Part shown: piece by piece, positions 46,279 to 56,634 of the stretch | How the letters are laid out: each line of letters starts with the position of its first letter | How positions within the stretch are numbered: the stretch's first letter is position 1 | Assembly: GCA_002419135.1 (NCBI GenBank) | Contig: DIFM01000041.1 | Coordinates: forward strand, 35,130 to 99,129 | From: Dehalococcoidia bacterium UBA5748 | GTDB taxonomy: Bacteria; Chloroflexota; Dehalococcoidia; Dehalococcoidales; UBA5627 | DNA: 64,000 bases | Reading direction: 5' to 3' | Notes under the pieces: model-generated | What the model saw: only the letters and a program-made list of their open reading frames with translations | Told to the model about the DNA's origin: nothing | Database searches by the model: none | Position numbers and translations under genes: made by a program

Positions 46279-47484
46279 ATGAATAAATTAACGGTCAGAG
46301 ATATCGATGTCAGCGGTAAAAAAGTGCTTGTAAGGGTAGATTATAATATTCCTTTTAGTTATAAGACACACGCTATAACCGATGACAGCCGCATCAGGGC
46401 TTCGCTGCCAACCATTGACTATCTGGTTGAGCAAGGGGCAAGAATTATTCTGTGTTCACATCTCGGGCGTCCTTCAGGGCAACCTAATGCCGAGTTTAGC
46501 TTAGCAATCGTGGCGCAGCATCTTTCACAAATTATGAGGCAATCGGTTGGATTTGTTAACGATTGTATTGGTTTCGAAGTTGATAGCGCTATTGCCGGTA
46601 TGCAAAACGGCGATATTCTGTTGTTAGAGAACCTCAGATTTTACGAGGAAGAAGAAAAAGGGGATGATGCTTTTGCCCGAGCGCTCTCAAAACACGGTGA
46701 TATCTTTGTAAATGACGCTTTTGGTACAGCTCATAGAAAACATGCATCGATCGTCGGTGTTACCAAATATATACCATCTGTATCCGGTTTATTGCTGGAA
46801 AAGGAAATAAATGCCCTGGGCAAGGTTTTAACGGAACCGCCTCATCCTTTCGGGGTGCTTTTAGGCGGTGCCAAAGTAAGTGATAAAGTAGCCATGTTAG
46901 ATAACATTATGGAAAAGGTAGATACAATAGTTATCGGTGGCGGTATGGCAGCTACATTTCTAAAGGCACAATCTTATGAAGTGGGAGCTTCTTTAATAGA
47001 TGATTCAGTGGATACTGCTCGGGATATAATTGAGAAAACGAAGCAGAACAGCGTAAAACTTTTTCTTCCGGATGATATGCTGGTAGCCAGTGAAGTTAAT
47101 GATAAGGCCGAAACTGAAAATGTTGATATTGCGCATATCCCCGCAAATAAACATATAGTAGACATTGGTACTTTAACTATCACAAAATTCACAAAAGCGC
47201 TTGAAAAATGCCGTACTGTGTTTTGGAACGGGCCGATGGGGATCTATGAAATACCTCAATTCAGTGAAGGCACGAAAATTATGGCGCAAATTATTGCCAA
47301 TCTGCACGGTACCACTATTATCGGTGGCGGATCGACATCCGAAATCGTAACCGAGTTAAAATTAGGGCATAAAATGACCTTTGTATCTACCGGCGGAGGA
47401 GCTTCTTTGAAATTCTTAAGCGGGGAAACACTTCCCGGTGTTGAAGCATTGCTGGACAAAAAAGCGAAAATAAATCCAGCCTGA
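46279..47484 (+). CDS. pgk: Phosphoglycerate kinase
   Basis: 401 aa with VRVDYNIP, SHLGRP, FWNGPMG and STGGGASL motifs. Confidence 0.95.
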   Translation: MNKLTVRDIDVSGKKVLVRVDYNIPFSYKTHAITDDSRIRASLPTIDYLVEQGARIILCSHLGRPSGQPNAEFSLAIVAQHLSQIMRQSVGFVNDCIGFEVDSAIAGMQNGDILLLENLRFYEEEEKGDDAFARALSKHGDIFVNDAFGTAHRKHASIVGVTKYIPSVSGLLLEKEINALGKVLTEPPHPFGVLLGGAKVSDKVAMLDNIMEKVDTIVIGGGMAATFLKAQSYEVGASLIDDSVDTARDIIEKTKQNSVKLFLPDDMLVASEVNDKAETENVDIAHIPANKHIVDIGTLTITKFTKALEKCRTVFWNGPMGIYEIPQFSEGTKIMAQIIANLHGTTIIGGGSTSEIVTELKLGHKMTFVSTGGGASLKFLSGETLPGVEALLDKKAKINPA

Positions 47485-47499
47485 ACGGAGTGAAGCATT

Positions 47500-48711
47500 T
47501 TGGGTAATATTAGTCTTCAATTAATCAGAGAATTATCGAATACCACTCCTTCCAAAATTGTGTTACTGGTTATCGACGGCATGGGTGGGCTCCCTGACAT
47601 TTCCAGCGGTAAAACAGAACTGGAAGCTGCCAATATTCCCAATATGGATGGTCTTGCCGCTATGAGTATTTGCGGTTTGTCCGACCCGGTAAGTCCGGGT
47701 ATTACGGCAGGCAGCGCTCCGGGGCACCTGGCATTATTTGGCTATGACCCGGTTACATATCATATAGGTCGAGGCGTATTGGAAGCGATGGGAATAGATT
47801 ATCCGCTTCAATCCGGAGATATAGCAGCACGCGGTAATTTTTGCACTATTGATAAAAACGGATTTATTACGGACAGGCGTGCGGGACGTATTTCAACCGA
47901 ACAAAGCAGCCAGCTGTGCGATTTGCTCAACAATATGAATATAGATGGGGTAAGTTTATATGCCTTACCGGTGAAAGACCATCGTATGGCATTGGTAATT
48001 AGGGGTGATAATCTAAATCACAACATAACCGATTCCGATCCCCAGAAAACAGGGGTGACTCCGTTAAAGGTAAAGGCTAACTCTCCTGAGGCAGAAAGGA
48101 CAGCGAGTATTATAAATAAGTTTCTTGAGAGGGCGAGAGATATCCTTGCCTCTCACAATCCTGCCAATATGTTGTTGTTACGCGGCTTTGATGAAAAACC
48201 GAAGTTTCCAACCGTATCTGAGATATATAAATTGAAGCCGGCGGCAATTGCCAGTTACCCGATGTATCGGGGTTTAGCCAGAGCGGTCGGAATGGAAGTT
48301 TTGGAAACAGGTCCGGCCATTGAAGATGAAATGTCCACTCTTAAAAAAAGTTACGATAGTTATGATTTTTTCTTTATACATATAAAAGAAACCGATGCAC
48401 AGGGTGAAGATGGCAACTTTGAAGCTAAGGTGAAGGTATTGGAGCATGTGGATAGAATTTTACCGGAAATTACCGGATTAAATCCTGATGTAATAATTGT
48501 TGCAGGTGATCATTCTACTCCTGCTATGATTAAAGGACATAGCTGGCACTCGGTGCCGGTGCTGATTTATTCTAAATGGTGCCGGCCGGATAATGTTAGA
48601 CAGTTTACGGAATCGGCATGTATCTATGGTGGATTGGGTAGAATATCAGCTACTGATATTATGCCGCTGGCAATGGCAAATGCCTTGAAACTCAATAAAT
48701 ACGGAGCATAA
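47500..48711 (+). CDS. apgM: Cofactor-independent phosphoglycerate mutase, archaeal (ApgM) type
   Basis: 403 aa with VIDGMGG, TDAQGEDGNF and AGDHSTP motifs. Sits between pgk and tpiA. TTG start. Confidence 0.8.
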   Translation: MGNISLQLIRELSNTTPSKIVLLVIDGMGGLPDISSGKTELEAANIPNMDGLAAMSICGLSDPVSPGITAGSAPGHLALFGYDPVTYHIGRGVLEAMGIDYPLQSGDIAARGNFCTIDKNGFITDRRAGRISTEQSSQLCDLLNNMNIDGVSLYALPVKDHRMALVIRGDNLNHNITDSDPQKTGVTPLKVKANSPEAERTASIINKFLERARDILASHNPANMLLLRGFDEKPKFPTVSEIYKLKPAAIASYPMYRGLARAVGMEVLETGPAIEDEMSTLKKSYDSYDFFFIHIKETDAQGEDGNFEAKVKVLEHVDRILPEITGLNPDVIIVAGDHSTPAMIKGHSWHSVPVLIYSKWCRPDNVRQFTESACIYGGLGRISATDIMPLAMANALKLNKYGA

Positions 48712-48716
48712 AAATA

Positions 48717-49484
48717 ATGAGGATTCCATTAATTGCCGGTAACTGGAAAATGAATACATCGGTTGAGGAAGCTGTTGCTCTCGTTAGCGCTATGCAAAAA
48801 GAGCTGGATGACATCGGTAATGTTGAAAAACTTATCTGTCCGCCATTTATATCGCTGAAAGCGGTTTATGAATTACTTGCCCCAAGCACTATAAAAGTCG
48901 GAGCTCAAAATATGCACTATGAGGATAAGGGTGCATTTACCGGGGAAGTATCGCCTTTAATGATAAAAGATATTTGCGGGTATGTCATTATCGGACATTC
49001 GGAGCGCAGACAATACTTTAATGACGACCTTTATATCAATAAAAAGTTAAAAGCCGCAATTAGATATGGAATTATTCCGATTCTGTGTATCGGTGAAAAA
49101 CCGGAGGAAAAACAATCCGGTAAAACTATTGAGGTGCTTGATAAGCAACTGGAGCAGGCGTTTATAGATATTGAAGATATCGATACTCTTGTTATAGCAT
49201 ATGAGCCGATTTGGGCAATTGGCACCGGGATGTCTGCCAGTGGGGAGCAAGCTAACAGTATAATTGAAGCTATCAGGCAAAAAATAGGGGCTCTATACGA
49301 CAATAAGGTTGCTTCCGCCATACGTATCCTTTACGGTGGAAGCGCCAATGCCGAAAATATCATTGAATTTGTCAGCCAATCTGAGATAGACGGTGCTCTG
49401 GTAGGAGGCGCCAGCCTGAAACCGGAGCTGTTTATAAGCATGGTTAAACAGACTTCCGCTATATACAAAGATGTTATAGAATAG
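48717..49484 (+). CDS. tpiA: Triosephosphate isomerase
   Basis: 255 aa with AGNWKMN, IGHSERR, YEPIWAIGTG and YGGS motifs. Confidence 0.95.
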   Translation: MRIPLIAGNWKMNTSVEEAVALVSAMQKELDDIGNVEKLICPPFISLKAVYELLAPSTIKVGAQNMHYEDKGAFTGEVSPLMIKDICGYVIIGHSERRQYFNDDLYINKKLKAAIRYGIIPILCIGEKPEEKQSGKTIEVLDKQLEQAFIDIEDIDTLVIAYEPIWAIGTGMSASGEQANSIIEAIRQKIGALYDNKVASAIRILYGGSANAENIIEFVSQSEIDGALVGGASLKPELFISMVKQTSAIYKDVIE

Positions 49485-49552
49485 GGGATAGTTAACATAA
49501 TATCTACTGATACCTCTTCTAACTTTTTACTATAAGTCCTTTATTTCCGTTA

Positions 49553-50476
49553 ATGATTATGAAACAAATAATTGCCATTGTTGGTCCTACCGGTATCGGA
49601 AAAAGTAATTTAGCTGTGCGTATTAGTCAAAAGATTGATGCGGAGATTATTGGTGCGGATAGTCGCCAGGTGTACCGATATATGGATATCGGTACTGCAA
49701 AACCTTCCAAAGAGGAAAGGGGTTTGGTTCCCCATCATTTAATTGACATAATAAATCCGAACGAGTCTTTCAGCCTTGCAGAGTATCAACAACAATGTAA
49801 ATCGATTATTGAAGATATTTGTAACAGAAATAAGTTACCGTTATTGGTTGGCGGCAGCGGGCAGTATACTTGGGCGGTACTGGAGGGTTGGGGGATTCCT
49901 GAAGTTGCTCCGGATATGAAATATCGGAACATGCTGGAAAATAAGGCAGCGGAGATGGGTAAAGAAGAATTATACCACGAACTGTTGCTTACAGACCCGG
50001 AAGCTGCTGCAAGAATAGATGAATCTAACGTAAGAAGAGTAATCAGAGCGTTGGAAATTGCAAAAAATGCCAAGGATAATAAGACGCGAAAAAGAGATAA
50101 ACAACCGATATATGATGCTCTTATCATAGGGTTGACAACTTCACGTGAGGAGTTATATTGCAGGATTGATAAAAGAGTAGATTCTATGATAGAAAAAGGG
50201 CTGCTCGATGAAACCAAGTGGTTGATAGACAATGAATATAACAGCGATTTACCATCGATGTCCGGTATTGGATATAAGCAGATGGTAATGTATCTCAAGG
50301 GTGAATTAAGCCTTGATTCGGCTATACAACAGATCAAATATGAAACGCATCGTTATGTGCGCAGCCAATATAACTGGTTCAAGTTAAAAGATGATAGAAT
50401 TAAGTGGTTTGATGTACAAAACGAGGTTGAATCTGACATAATTAGAGCAATCGATGATTTTATCTCTACTGATTAG
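49553..50476 (+). CDS. miaA: tRNA dimethylallyltransferase
   Basis: 307 aa with the P-loop GPTGIGKS, SADSRQVYRYMDIGTAKP and HHLID motifs. Confidence 0.9.
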   Translation: MIMKQIIAIVGPTGIGKSNLAVRISQKIDAEIIGADSRQVYRYMDIGTAKPSKEERGLVPHHLIDIINPNESFSLAEYQQQCKSIIEDICNRNKLPLLVGGSGQYTWAVLEGWGIPEVAPDMKYRNMLENKAAEMGKEELYHELLLTDPEAAARIDESNVRRVIRALEIAKNAKDNKTRKRDKQPIYDALIIGLTTSREELYCRIDKRVDSMIEKGLLDETKWLIDNEYNSDLPSMSGIGYKQMVMYLKGELSLDSAIQQIKYETHRYVRSQYNWFKLKDDRIKWFDVQNEVESDIIRAIDDFISTD

Positions 50477-50484
50477 GAGCTAAA

Positions 50485-51342
50485 ATGGTTTTTACAAAGT
50501 TACAGAGTGTAGGCAACGATTTTGTTTTAATAGAAACAAATGACTTGACTTACGATTGGGAAAGTTTATCTAAGGCTATGTGTGACAGGAAATTCGGTAT
50601 CGGCGCCGACGGTCTGCTATTGCTTGTTCCATCATTAAAAGCGGATTTCGGTATGCGTATGTTCAATCCTGATGGTACTGAGTCTGAGGCTTGCGGTAAC
50701 GGATTAAGGTGTCTTATTAAATACATTGCTGATATAAAACTTGCCGGAAAAGAAGATTCAAACTTGAATATCGATACTATAGCCGGTGTAAGGAAAGCAA
50801 TATTTGTAAGAAAAGAAGGCAAAGCGGATATGATTCAGGCATCTATGGGTATTCCTGAATTTGATACTGCAAAGATTCCAGTAGCAATCGATAATAATAG
50901 AGGTAGGATTGTTGCGTCAAGGCTTATAACAGAATATCCTTTAACGATAGATAATATCGATTTACTGCTTAGTTTTGTATCTATGGGAAATCCGCATGCT
51001 GTTTATTTTCAGAAAAAGCCCGTCAGGGAGTTTCCGTTAGCAAGAATTGGTCCTCTGGTTGAAAATTATATTGCATTCCCAAAACATATTAACTTTGAAG
51101 TAGCAGAAATTGTTAGTAGAGGCCAAATAGAAGTAAGGGTATGGGAAAGAGGCGCCGGCGAAACGCTGGGTTGTGGTACCGGCGCTTGTGCTGTAGCTGT
51201 TTGTGCAATCCTACTGGGATATACGGACAATGCAGTGGTCGTAATTCTTCCGGGAGGCAAACTGCGGGTGGAATGGGATGGCAAAGGGGAAGTATTGCTT
51301 AGCGGTGTTGCCGAGATAGTGTTTAGAGGTGATTGGAAATAA
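50485..51342 (+). CDS. dapF: Diaminopimelate epimerase
   Basis: 285 aa with LQSVGNDFVL and the two catalytic-Cys motifs SEACGNGLRC and LGCGTGACA. Confidence 0.9.
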   Translation: MVFTKLQSVGNDFVLIETNDLTYDWESLSKAMCDRKFGIGADGLLLLVPSLKADFGMRMFNPDGTESEACGNGLRCLIKYIADIKLAGKEDSNLNIDTIAGVRKAIFVRKEGKADMIQASMGIPEFDTAKIPVAIDNNRGRIVASRLITEYPLTIDNIDLLLSFVSMGNPHAVYFQKKPVREFPLARIGPLVENYIAFPKHINFEVAEIVSRGQIEVRVWERGAGETLGCGTGACAVAVCAILLGYTDNAVVVILPGGKLRVEWDGKGEVLLSGVAEIVFRGDWK

Positions 51343-51369
51343 TAAATCTGTTCTTGAGGTTAAAATTAT

Positions 51370-52563
51370 ATGCAAATGTCACAACGCATGAATAATCTGG
51401 AACCATATCTTTTTGTTGAAATTAACAAAAAAATTGCTGAAAAAAAGGCTCTGGGTAAAGAGGTTATTAATTTCAGTATCGGCGACCCGGATTTACCCAC
51501 GCCGGAAAATGTAATAAATAAGATTTGCCAAAAGGCTGCTGACCCGGCAAATCACCGCTATCCGGAGACATTCGGATTACCTGAATTAAGGCAGGCAATA
51601 GCCGGTTGGTACAAAAAACGCTTTAATGTAATACTGGACCCTGACATTGAAGTATTGCCGTTACATGGTTCCAAAGAGGGTATTGCGCATATAGCTTTGT
51701 GTTATATAAACCCGGGCGACATTGCTTTGGTTCCGGACCCCGGTTATCCGGTGTATACCGGCGGCACGATTCTGGCAGGTGGTGAGGTTCATTACCTGCC
51801 ACTTTTACCGGATAATAGTTTTTTGCCTGATTTGAAAGCTATTCCTGATACTGTTTTAAAAAAAGCTAAAATACTCTGGATAAATTACCCGAATAATCCA
51901 ACCGGGGCGGTTGCTGAAATAGAATTCTTTAATAAGGTGGTAGAGTTTGCAAAGAGTAATGATATTTTAGTCTGCCATGACGGGCCATATTCTGAGGTTG
52001 CTTTTGATGATTATAAGCCGGTTAGTTTTCTACAGGCGAATGGAGCTAAAGATGTCGGTGTGGAGTTTCATTCGCTTTCGAAGAGTTATAACATGACCGG
52101 CTGGCGCATCGGAATGGTAGTGGGTAATTCCGAAGCGGTACAAGCCTTGAATACGGTAAAATCAAACCTGGATTCGGGAATACCGCAGGCGATACAATTT
52201 GCCGCTATCGAAGCCTTAAATAATTCGCAGGAGGCAATCGTTAAACACAATGAGGTTTATCAAAGACGTCGTGACCTTTTGATTGAGGTATTGAATGATA
52301 TAGGTGTAGATGCCAAACCACCCAAAGCGGGTTTATATATCTGGGCGAAAGTACCGCAGGGATATACTTCGATAGAGTTTACCAATGACCTGCTGGATAA
52401 TTTGGGCATTGTTGTCACACCCGGGACGGGGTATGGGGCTTGTGGGGAGGGGTATGTACGTTTATCCCTAACCATTCCGGATGCGAATCTTGTGAAAGGA
52501 TTATCGCGATTGTCGGGATGGAAGAATAATAAGGATAAGTTCAAAGCTAAAATTAGAAGGTAG
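51370..52563 (+). CDS. dapL: Class I/II PLP aminotransferase, probably LL-diaminopimelate aminotransferase
   Basis: 397 aa with the PLP-Lys motif SLSKSYNMTGWRIG and NYPNNPTG. The function is inferred from adjacency to dapF. Confidence 0.6.
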   Translation: MQMSQRMNNLEPYLFVEINKKIAEKKALGKEVINFSIGDPDLPTPENVINKICQKAADPANHRYPETFGLPELRQAIAGWYKKRFNVILDPDIEVLPLHGSKEGIAHIALCYINPGDIALVPDPGYPVYTGGTILAGGEVHYLPLLPDNSFLPDLKAIPDTVLKKAKILWINYPNNPTGAVAEIEFFNKVVEFAKSNDILVCHDGPYSEVAFDDYKPVSFLQANGAKDVGVEFHSLSKSYNMTGWRIGMVVGNSEAVQALNTVKSNLDSGIPQAIQFAAIEALNNSQEAIVKHNEVYQRRRDLLIEVLNDIGVDAKPPKAGLYIWAKVPQGYTSIEFTNDLLDNLGIVVTPGTGYGACGEGYVRLSLTIPDANLVKGLSRLSGWKNNKDKFKAKIRR

Positions 52564-52629
52564 CTTTACATAAAGGAGTATATAATAAATAATAAAACAC
52601 AGAATACTTCATCTGCCAATGAGCACGCT

Positions 52630-53775
52630 TTGCTGGTAGCTGTAGGTATCGACAGCATTAAGGATAACTGGTCGTTAGAGCAATCTCTTGATGAATTAGC
52701 TCAGCTGGCAGACACCGCCGGAGCGGTTGTGGTCGGAAGGCTTACCCAAAAACTCCATCAGCCATCGAGAAATCTTTATATCGGTAAAGGCAAATTAGAT
52801 GAACTTATTGAACTTAGGGATACTACAAAAGCCGATGTCATAATATTCGATGATGAATTATCACCTTTACAGCAGAGAAATCTGGAAGAAGCATTAAATG
52901 TGAAAATTATCGACCGGGTTGCTCTGATACTGGATATCTTTGCTCACCGTGCTCAGACTCATGAAGGTAAATTACAGGTAGAGCTGGCACAACACCAATA
53001 TCTTCTTCCAAGATTAGCCGGACAATGGAGTCATCTTGAAAGGTTGGGAGGTGGAATTGGAACCAGAGGGCCGGGAGAATCCCAGCTTGAGACTGACCGC
53101 AGGCTGATTAATAAAAAAATACAGAAGTTAAAAAAACAACTCGATGATGTAAAAAAGCATCGTATGCTTTACCGGCAACAGCGACGAAAGAGCGGCATTC
53201 CTATAGTTGCACTGGTTGGCTATACGAATTCGGGGAAAAGCACATTATTGAATGCACTTGGCAAAGCAGATGTTTTGGCTGAAGACAAGCTCTTTGCGAC
53301 ACTCGATCCGACCACCAGAAGAATTATGCTGCCGGAAAAAACAACTTTTCTCCTCAGTGATACCGTTGGTTTTATAAGGAAGTTGCCCCCGGTAGTAGTA
53401 TCGGCGTTCAGGGCGACACTGGAGGAATTGGAAGAAGCTACAATTCTTCTTCACGTAGTGGATTTTTCTTCCGGGAGTGCTGCCGAAATGTGTGAAGTTG
53501 TTGAAGATGTTTTTAAAGACCTGGGGATTTCCAATAAACCGGTTATAACGGTGTTAAATAAAATAGACCTTTTACTGGACCCCCAAAAAAAATGGATTGA
53601 AAACGAAGCAATTACTTTTTTTGAAAATCAGGAAATAGAAAAAGAAGAAAATGCGGTAATTATTTCAGCAAAGAAAGGTTGGGGGTTAAAAAATCTGCTA
53701 AATAAGGTAAATGAGGTTATAAATAATGGGAAGCCTTTTACAACAGATTTTACAACAAAAAATGAGGCGCTGTAA
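52630..53775 (+). CDS. hflX: GTPase HflX
   Basis: G1 motif [19 protein letters not shown] and NKID, with an HflX N-terminal domain ([28 protein letters not shown]). The frame stays open back to 52564 and a strong AAGGAG lies at 52573-52578, so the true start may be an upstream non-ATG codon. Confidence 0.85.
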   Translation: MLVAVGIDSIKDNWSLEQSLDELAQLADTAGAVVVGRLTQKLHQPSRNLYIGKGKLDELIELRDTTKADVIIFDDELSPLQQRNLEEALNVKIIDRVALILDIFAHRAQTHEGKLQVELAQHQYLLPRLAGQWSHLERLGGGIGTRGPGESQLETDRRLINKKIQKLKKQLDDVKKHRMLYRQQRRKSGIPIVALVGYTNSGKSTLLNALGKADVLAEDKLFATLDPTTRRIMLPEKTTFLLSDTVGFIRKLPPVVVSAFRATLEELEEATILLHVVDFSSGSAAEMCEVVEDVFKDLGISNKPVITVLNKIDLLLDPQKKWIENEAITFFENQEIEKEENAVIISAKKGWGLKNLLNKVNEVINNGKPFTTDFTTKNEAL

Positions 53776-54269
53776 TCGAAATCCAGCCAATTAATAGGTT
53801 GTGTAAGTATATTTCCTCGTATATGGCGTATATAAACGCTCTATGGCTTTTACGGACATAAAAAATATAGAGGACTTATTAGAATAAACACCAATGGCGA
53901 AAAGATAGAAAAATAACGCAACTTCGTTTTTAATAGTTTACGGCAATTCAATTTTTCAGGCGTCTGCAAAAACTTAACATAAACAATATGTAATTTTTTG
54001 AAGAAGATTTACAGGCGATGTCTTGGCTATCAGGTGAGTGAAAAGAATAGACCTAATGAATTAAATATATGAATTGTTAAAGGTTTTAACTATGTTTCAT
54101 ATAAGCATAAAGAATAATTATCTGTTAAAATCATTATCATCTTATACAATACCTTTAGTGTAAATAGGCTGCTGTTTTGCTACTCGATATTTCATAAGAT
54201 AAATTATTATGATAGCAAGTATATTATGTTAAGTAAGTACTTTGTGCCTGTGCGTAATACTTCGCACTA

Positions 54270-54288
54270 TATATATTATGTAATATTA
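54270..54288 (+). repeat. Left copy of a 19-nt exact direct repeat TATATATTATGTAATATTA (followed by ..GGTTA)
   Basis: Identical 19-mer at 55677-55695. In both copies GGTTA follows within 1-3 nt. Confidence 0.7.
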
Positions 54289-54295
54289 AGGGTTA

Positions 54296-54808
54296 TTGCA
54301 TAATAGCAGACAAGGTGCGAATAATATGGCTGAAAAACAAGCGCATAGATTAAAAGCCCGCTTCGCTGGCAAAGAACAGGAAATACTTCGTTGTATTCGT
54401 GTTCACGGGTCTATTGCTGCAATGATACGTTACGAAGTAGCGGATTATATCTGCTGGAATAAGTATATCGAAAAGATAAAGCAGGAATTCGCCCAGGGTG
54501 AAACCCCGGGTGAATACACTCCAGATAAAAAACAAAACGAATCACAGGGCAATACTGCTCTAATGCCTGTCTGCCAACAGATAACAATAAACAGGAATAT
54601 GCTCGGAATATGCCATAATCGCAGGGAATTAGCCGATGAGCTGGTAAACGCATTTACAGATAAAGCGGTATATCTAAAGAACGAAAATGATAGATTAACG
54701 GCTAAAATCAGAGAGTTAGAAGAACGTCTGGCAATGTACGAGGATAGACAAGACGAAAAACTGGCGACAGAGATACTGCAGTCAATAGGAACGATAAGAA
54801 GATGTTGA
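54296..54808 (+). CDS. Hypothetical coiled-coil protein
   Basis: 170 aa (the start is possibly the ATG at 54326, MAEKQAHRL). It has a C-terminal heptad-like segment LKNENDRLTAKIRELEERLAMYE. No family recognised. Confidence 0.45.
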   Translation: MHNSRQGANNMAEKQAHRLKARFAGKEQEILRCIRVHGSIAAMIRYEVADYICWNKYIEKIKQEFAQGETPGEYTPDKKQNESQGNTALMPVCQQITINRNMLGICHNRRELADELVNAFTDKAVYLKNENDRLTAKIRELEERLAMYEDRQDEKLATEILQSIGTIRRC

Positions 54809-55056
54809 CTTATAGCCTGTTTGAGTCTATTATGAATATTGAAATCGGTCTGCCTTCGGCAAGGGATGTGGTTGGGCGGTGGTGGAAACCGCGCCCTACC
54901 AAGCCTTCAACAGTAGTTGAAAAATCATTTGTAGCCCCTTCCTTACTAACAGGGGCTATTATAAGCACAAATACGAACGAATCAAAGCTGAGTAATTTTG
55001 TGCGGTTGAAATCATCACAAATCTACAATGTAATCATCTCCTCGAAATATATCTTA

Positions 55057-55085
55057 TTGACACAATTACAAAACAGGTATAATAT
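55057..55085 (+). promoter_or_regulatory. Candidate sigma-70-type promoter for the RHH/SEC-C gene
   Basis: TTGACA (55057-55062) followed by TATAAT/TAATAT at 55078-55085 (15-17-nt spacer), 18 nt before the start at 55103. Confidence 0.45.
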
Positions 55086-55102
55086 GCTTACGCATAAGGG
55101 GG

Positions 55103-55441
55103 GTGAATTCAATGGATAAAGTTGTATCAGTCCGATTACCTGAAGAAGTTATAGCGTGGCTGTCTGATGCCTCACGATTAAACAAAACAACAATAAGCGG
55201 AATGGCAAAGGATATAATTCTGTCCGGCTATTCCGCTATGAAGTCAGAATTAATGCCTGTATTGATTGAATTAAAAGCGGAAAACGAAAAATTAAAAGAA
55301 GAAAACGAGAAAATAAAAGTCCGACAACGTTTAAACGAAAGCGTAAAGACTGAGCCCGTAAAAATAAAGGTTGGGCGGAATGCGCCCTGCCCTTGTGGCA
55401 GCGGAAAAAAGTATAAGCATTGTTGCGGGGCAATCGAATGA
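55103..55441 (+). CDS. Ribbon-helix-helix-like N-terminus, coiled coil, and C-terminal SEC-C metal-binding motif
   Basis: 112 aa. [35 protein letters not shown] follows the RHH pattern, a Glu/Lys heptad region comes next, and the C-terminus [19 protein letters not shown] is the canonical SEC-C motif. Confidence 0.6.
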   Translation: MNSMDKVVSVRLPEEVIAWLSDASRLNKTTISGMAKDIILSGYSAMKSELMPVLIELKAENEKLKEENEKIKVRQRLNESVKTEPVKIKVGRNAPCPCGSGKKYKHCCGAIE

Positions 55442-55455
55442 AAACGAAAGGGCGT

Positions 55456-55484
55456 ACCAGTCAAGGGTTTACCCCTTGACTGGT
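55456..55484 (+). terminator. Strong hairpin after the SEC-C gene
   Basis: A perfect 12-bp stem ACCAGTCAAGGG / CCCTTGACTGGT with a 5-nt loop, 15 nt after the stop. There is no clear U-tract. Confidence 0.5.
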
Positions 55485-55676
55485 GTATCGGATTGTAAAA
55501 AGCATAATAAGTCCATGGGGGTAGACCAAAGGGATAGCCCCCATACAGAGAAAAGAAAAGAGTAAACGAAATAAAGGGGTTCTCGGGTTAAAACAACAAA
55601 CCGTCACCGAATTGAAATAACGGTAGTAAAAAAGATAGAATAGTGCGAAGTTATAGTTTAATAATAAATTATCAAC

Positions 55677-55695
55677 TATATATTATGTAATATTA
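55677..55695 (+). repeat. Right copy of the 19-nt exact direct repeat TATATATTATGTAATATTA
   Basis: See the left copy at 54270-54288. Confidence 0.7.
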
Positions 55696-55828
55696 TGGTT
55701 AAAAATACCAAAAGGCTAAAACCCAACATTAGTAATATAATAAGCAACAAAATTATTACGGTGAATGCTGCCACAACTAAATTAATACAATTTGCTGTTT
55801 CTGACACAATGGAAAGAAAAATATAATG

Positions 55829-56605
55829 TCAATAACTGTTGACTGTGTTAATCATTGATGCCAAAGATTCGGCAAAGGCTCTCCTGAGAGTTTCTATAGA
55901 TTTTATATCAGGGGTTTTGTCGTTTTTCATGTAGAGATTCTGATTGGTTTCCTGGAGAATCGCCGGAACACGATTTTCCTGTCTTTTTAATGAATTGGTC
56001 GAATGCTTACCGCAAACATGTCCGTAGACATAATCAAATTTAGATTCGTTTATGGTAATCTTTACTTCTGGTAGTCTTATAGCTAATTCCTCTGCGTATG
56101 TTTCTATAAATATATCCGGACAGAAAACGGTTTCTGATTGGTCTACTACTGAAACCTGGTAATTCATCAACTCGATTTGATTGTCGCCTACTCCATGGCT
56201 TGTAATCGTGGAATGCCCATCAAGCATAAAACTAATATTGTTGTTTTCGATAGAATTACTGATAGCATCATGAAAAGACAATAAATATTTTTCAGCAAGA
56301 CTCCTTCTAAGAGTTATGTCAGGTGCCTTCCCCTTTTTATACAGATCCTTCCCGAGTCTGTTTTTTAAAGGAATGCTATCGTCAAGTTTATAGGGTTCCC
56401 TGTTGGATTCGAGTATTAAACTACAATATGGAAAGATGACCTGTGAATTGCCTAGAATATCACGAAAATCATACAACCAGTGGGTATACCAGTCTATATC
56501 GCCTGTATATTCCGTAAAGTTTTCAGAAAGATTATTTACAGATATTTCTCGAGGAATAAATATCCCACTATGAGGGATTACTACTAAAAGTTCATTAAAT
56601 ACCAT
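55829..56605 (-). CDS. N-formylglutamate amidohydrolase (FGase)-family protein
   Basis: 258 aa. LVVIPHSGIFIP and FMLDGHST resemble the H-x-G...D-x-H-S metal-site pattern of the family. Confidence 0.5.
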   Translation of the reverse strand: MVFNELLVVIPHSGIFIPREISVNNLSENFTEYTGDIDWYTHWLYDFRDILGNSQVIFPYCSLILESNREPYKLDDSIPLKNRLGKDLYKKGKAPDITLRRSLAEKYLLSFHDAISNSIENNNISFMLDGHSTITSHGVGDNQIELMNYQVSVVDQSETVFCPDIFIETYAEELAIRLPEVKITINESKFDYVYGHVCGKHSTNSLKRQENRVPAILQETNQNLYMKNDKTPDIKSIETLRRAFAESLASMINTVNSY

Positions 56606-56634
56606 TTTAAATTAACAAAGAAGACAGAGCAATT

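Noticed and set aside
54802-55119. A 105-aa track ORF between the two islet genes.
   Set aside because: The peptide has no features. The stretch contains several hairpins (e.g. TAGCCCC...GGGGCTA) and a TTGACA/TATAAT promoter for the next gene. It is better explained as an intergenic terminator and promoter region.
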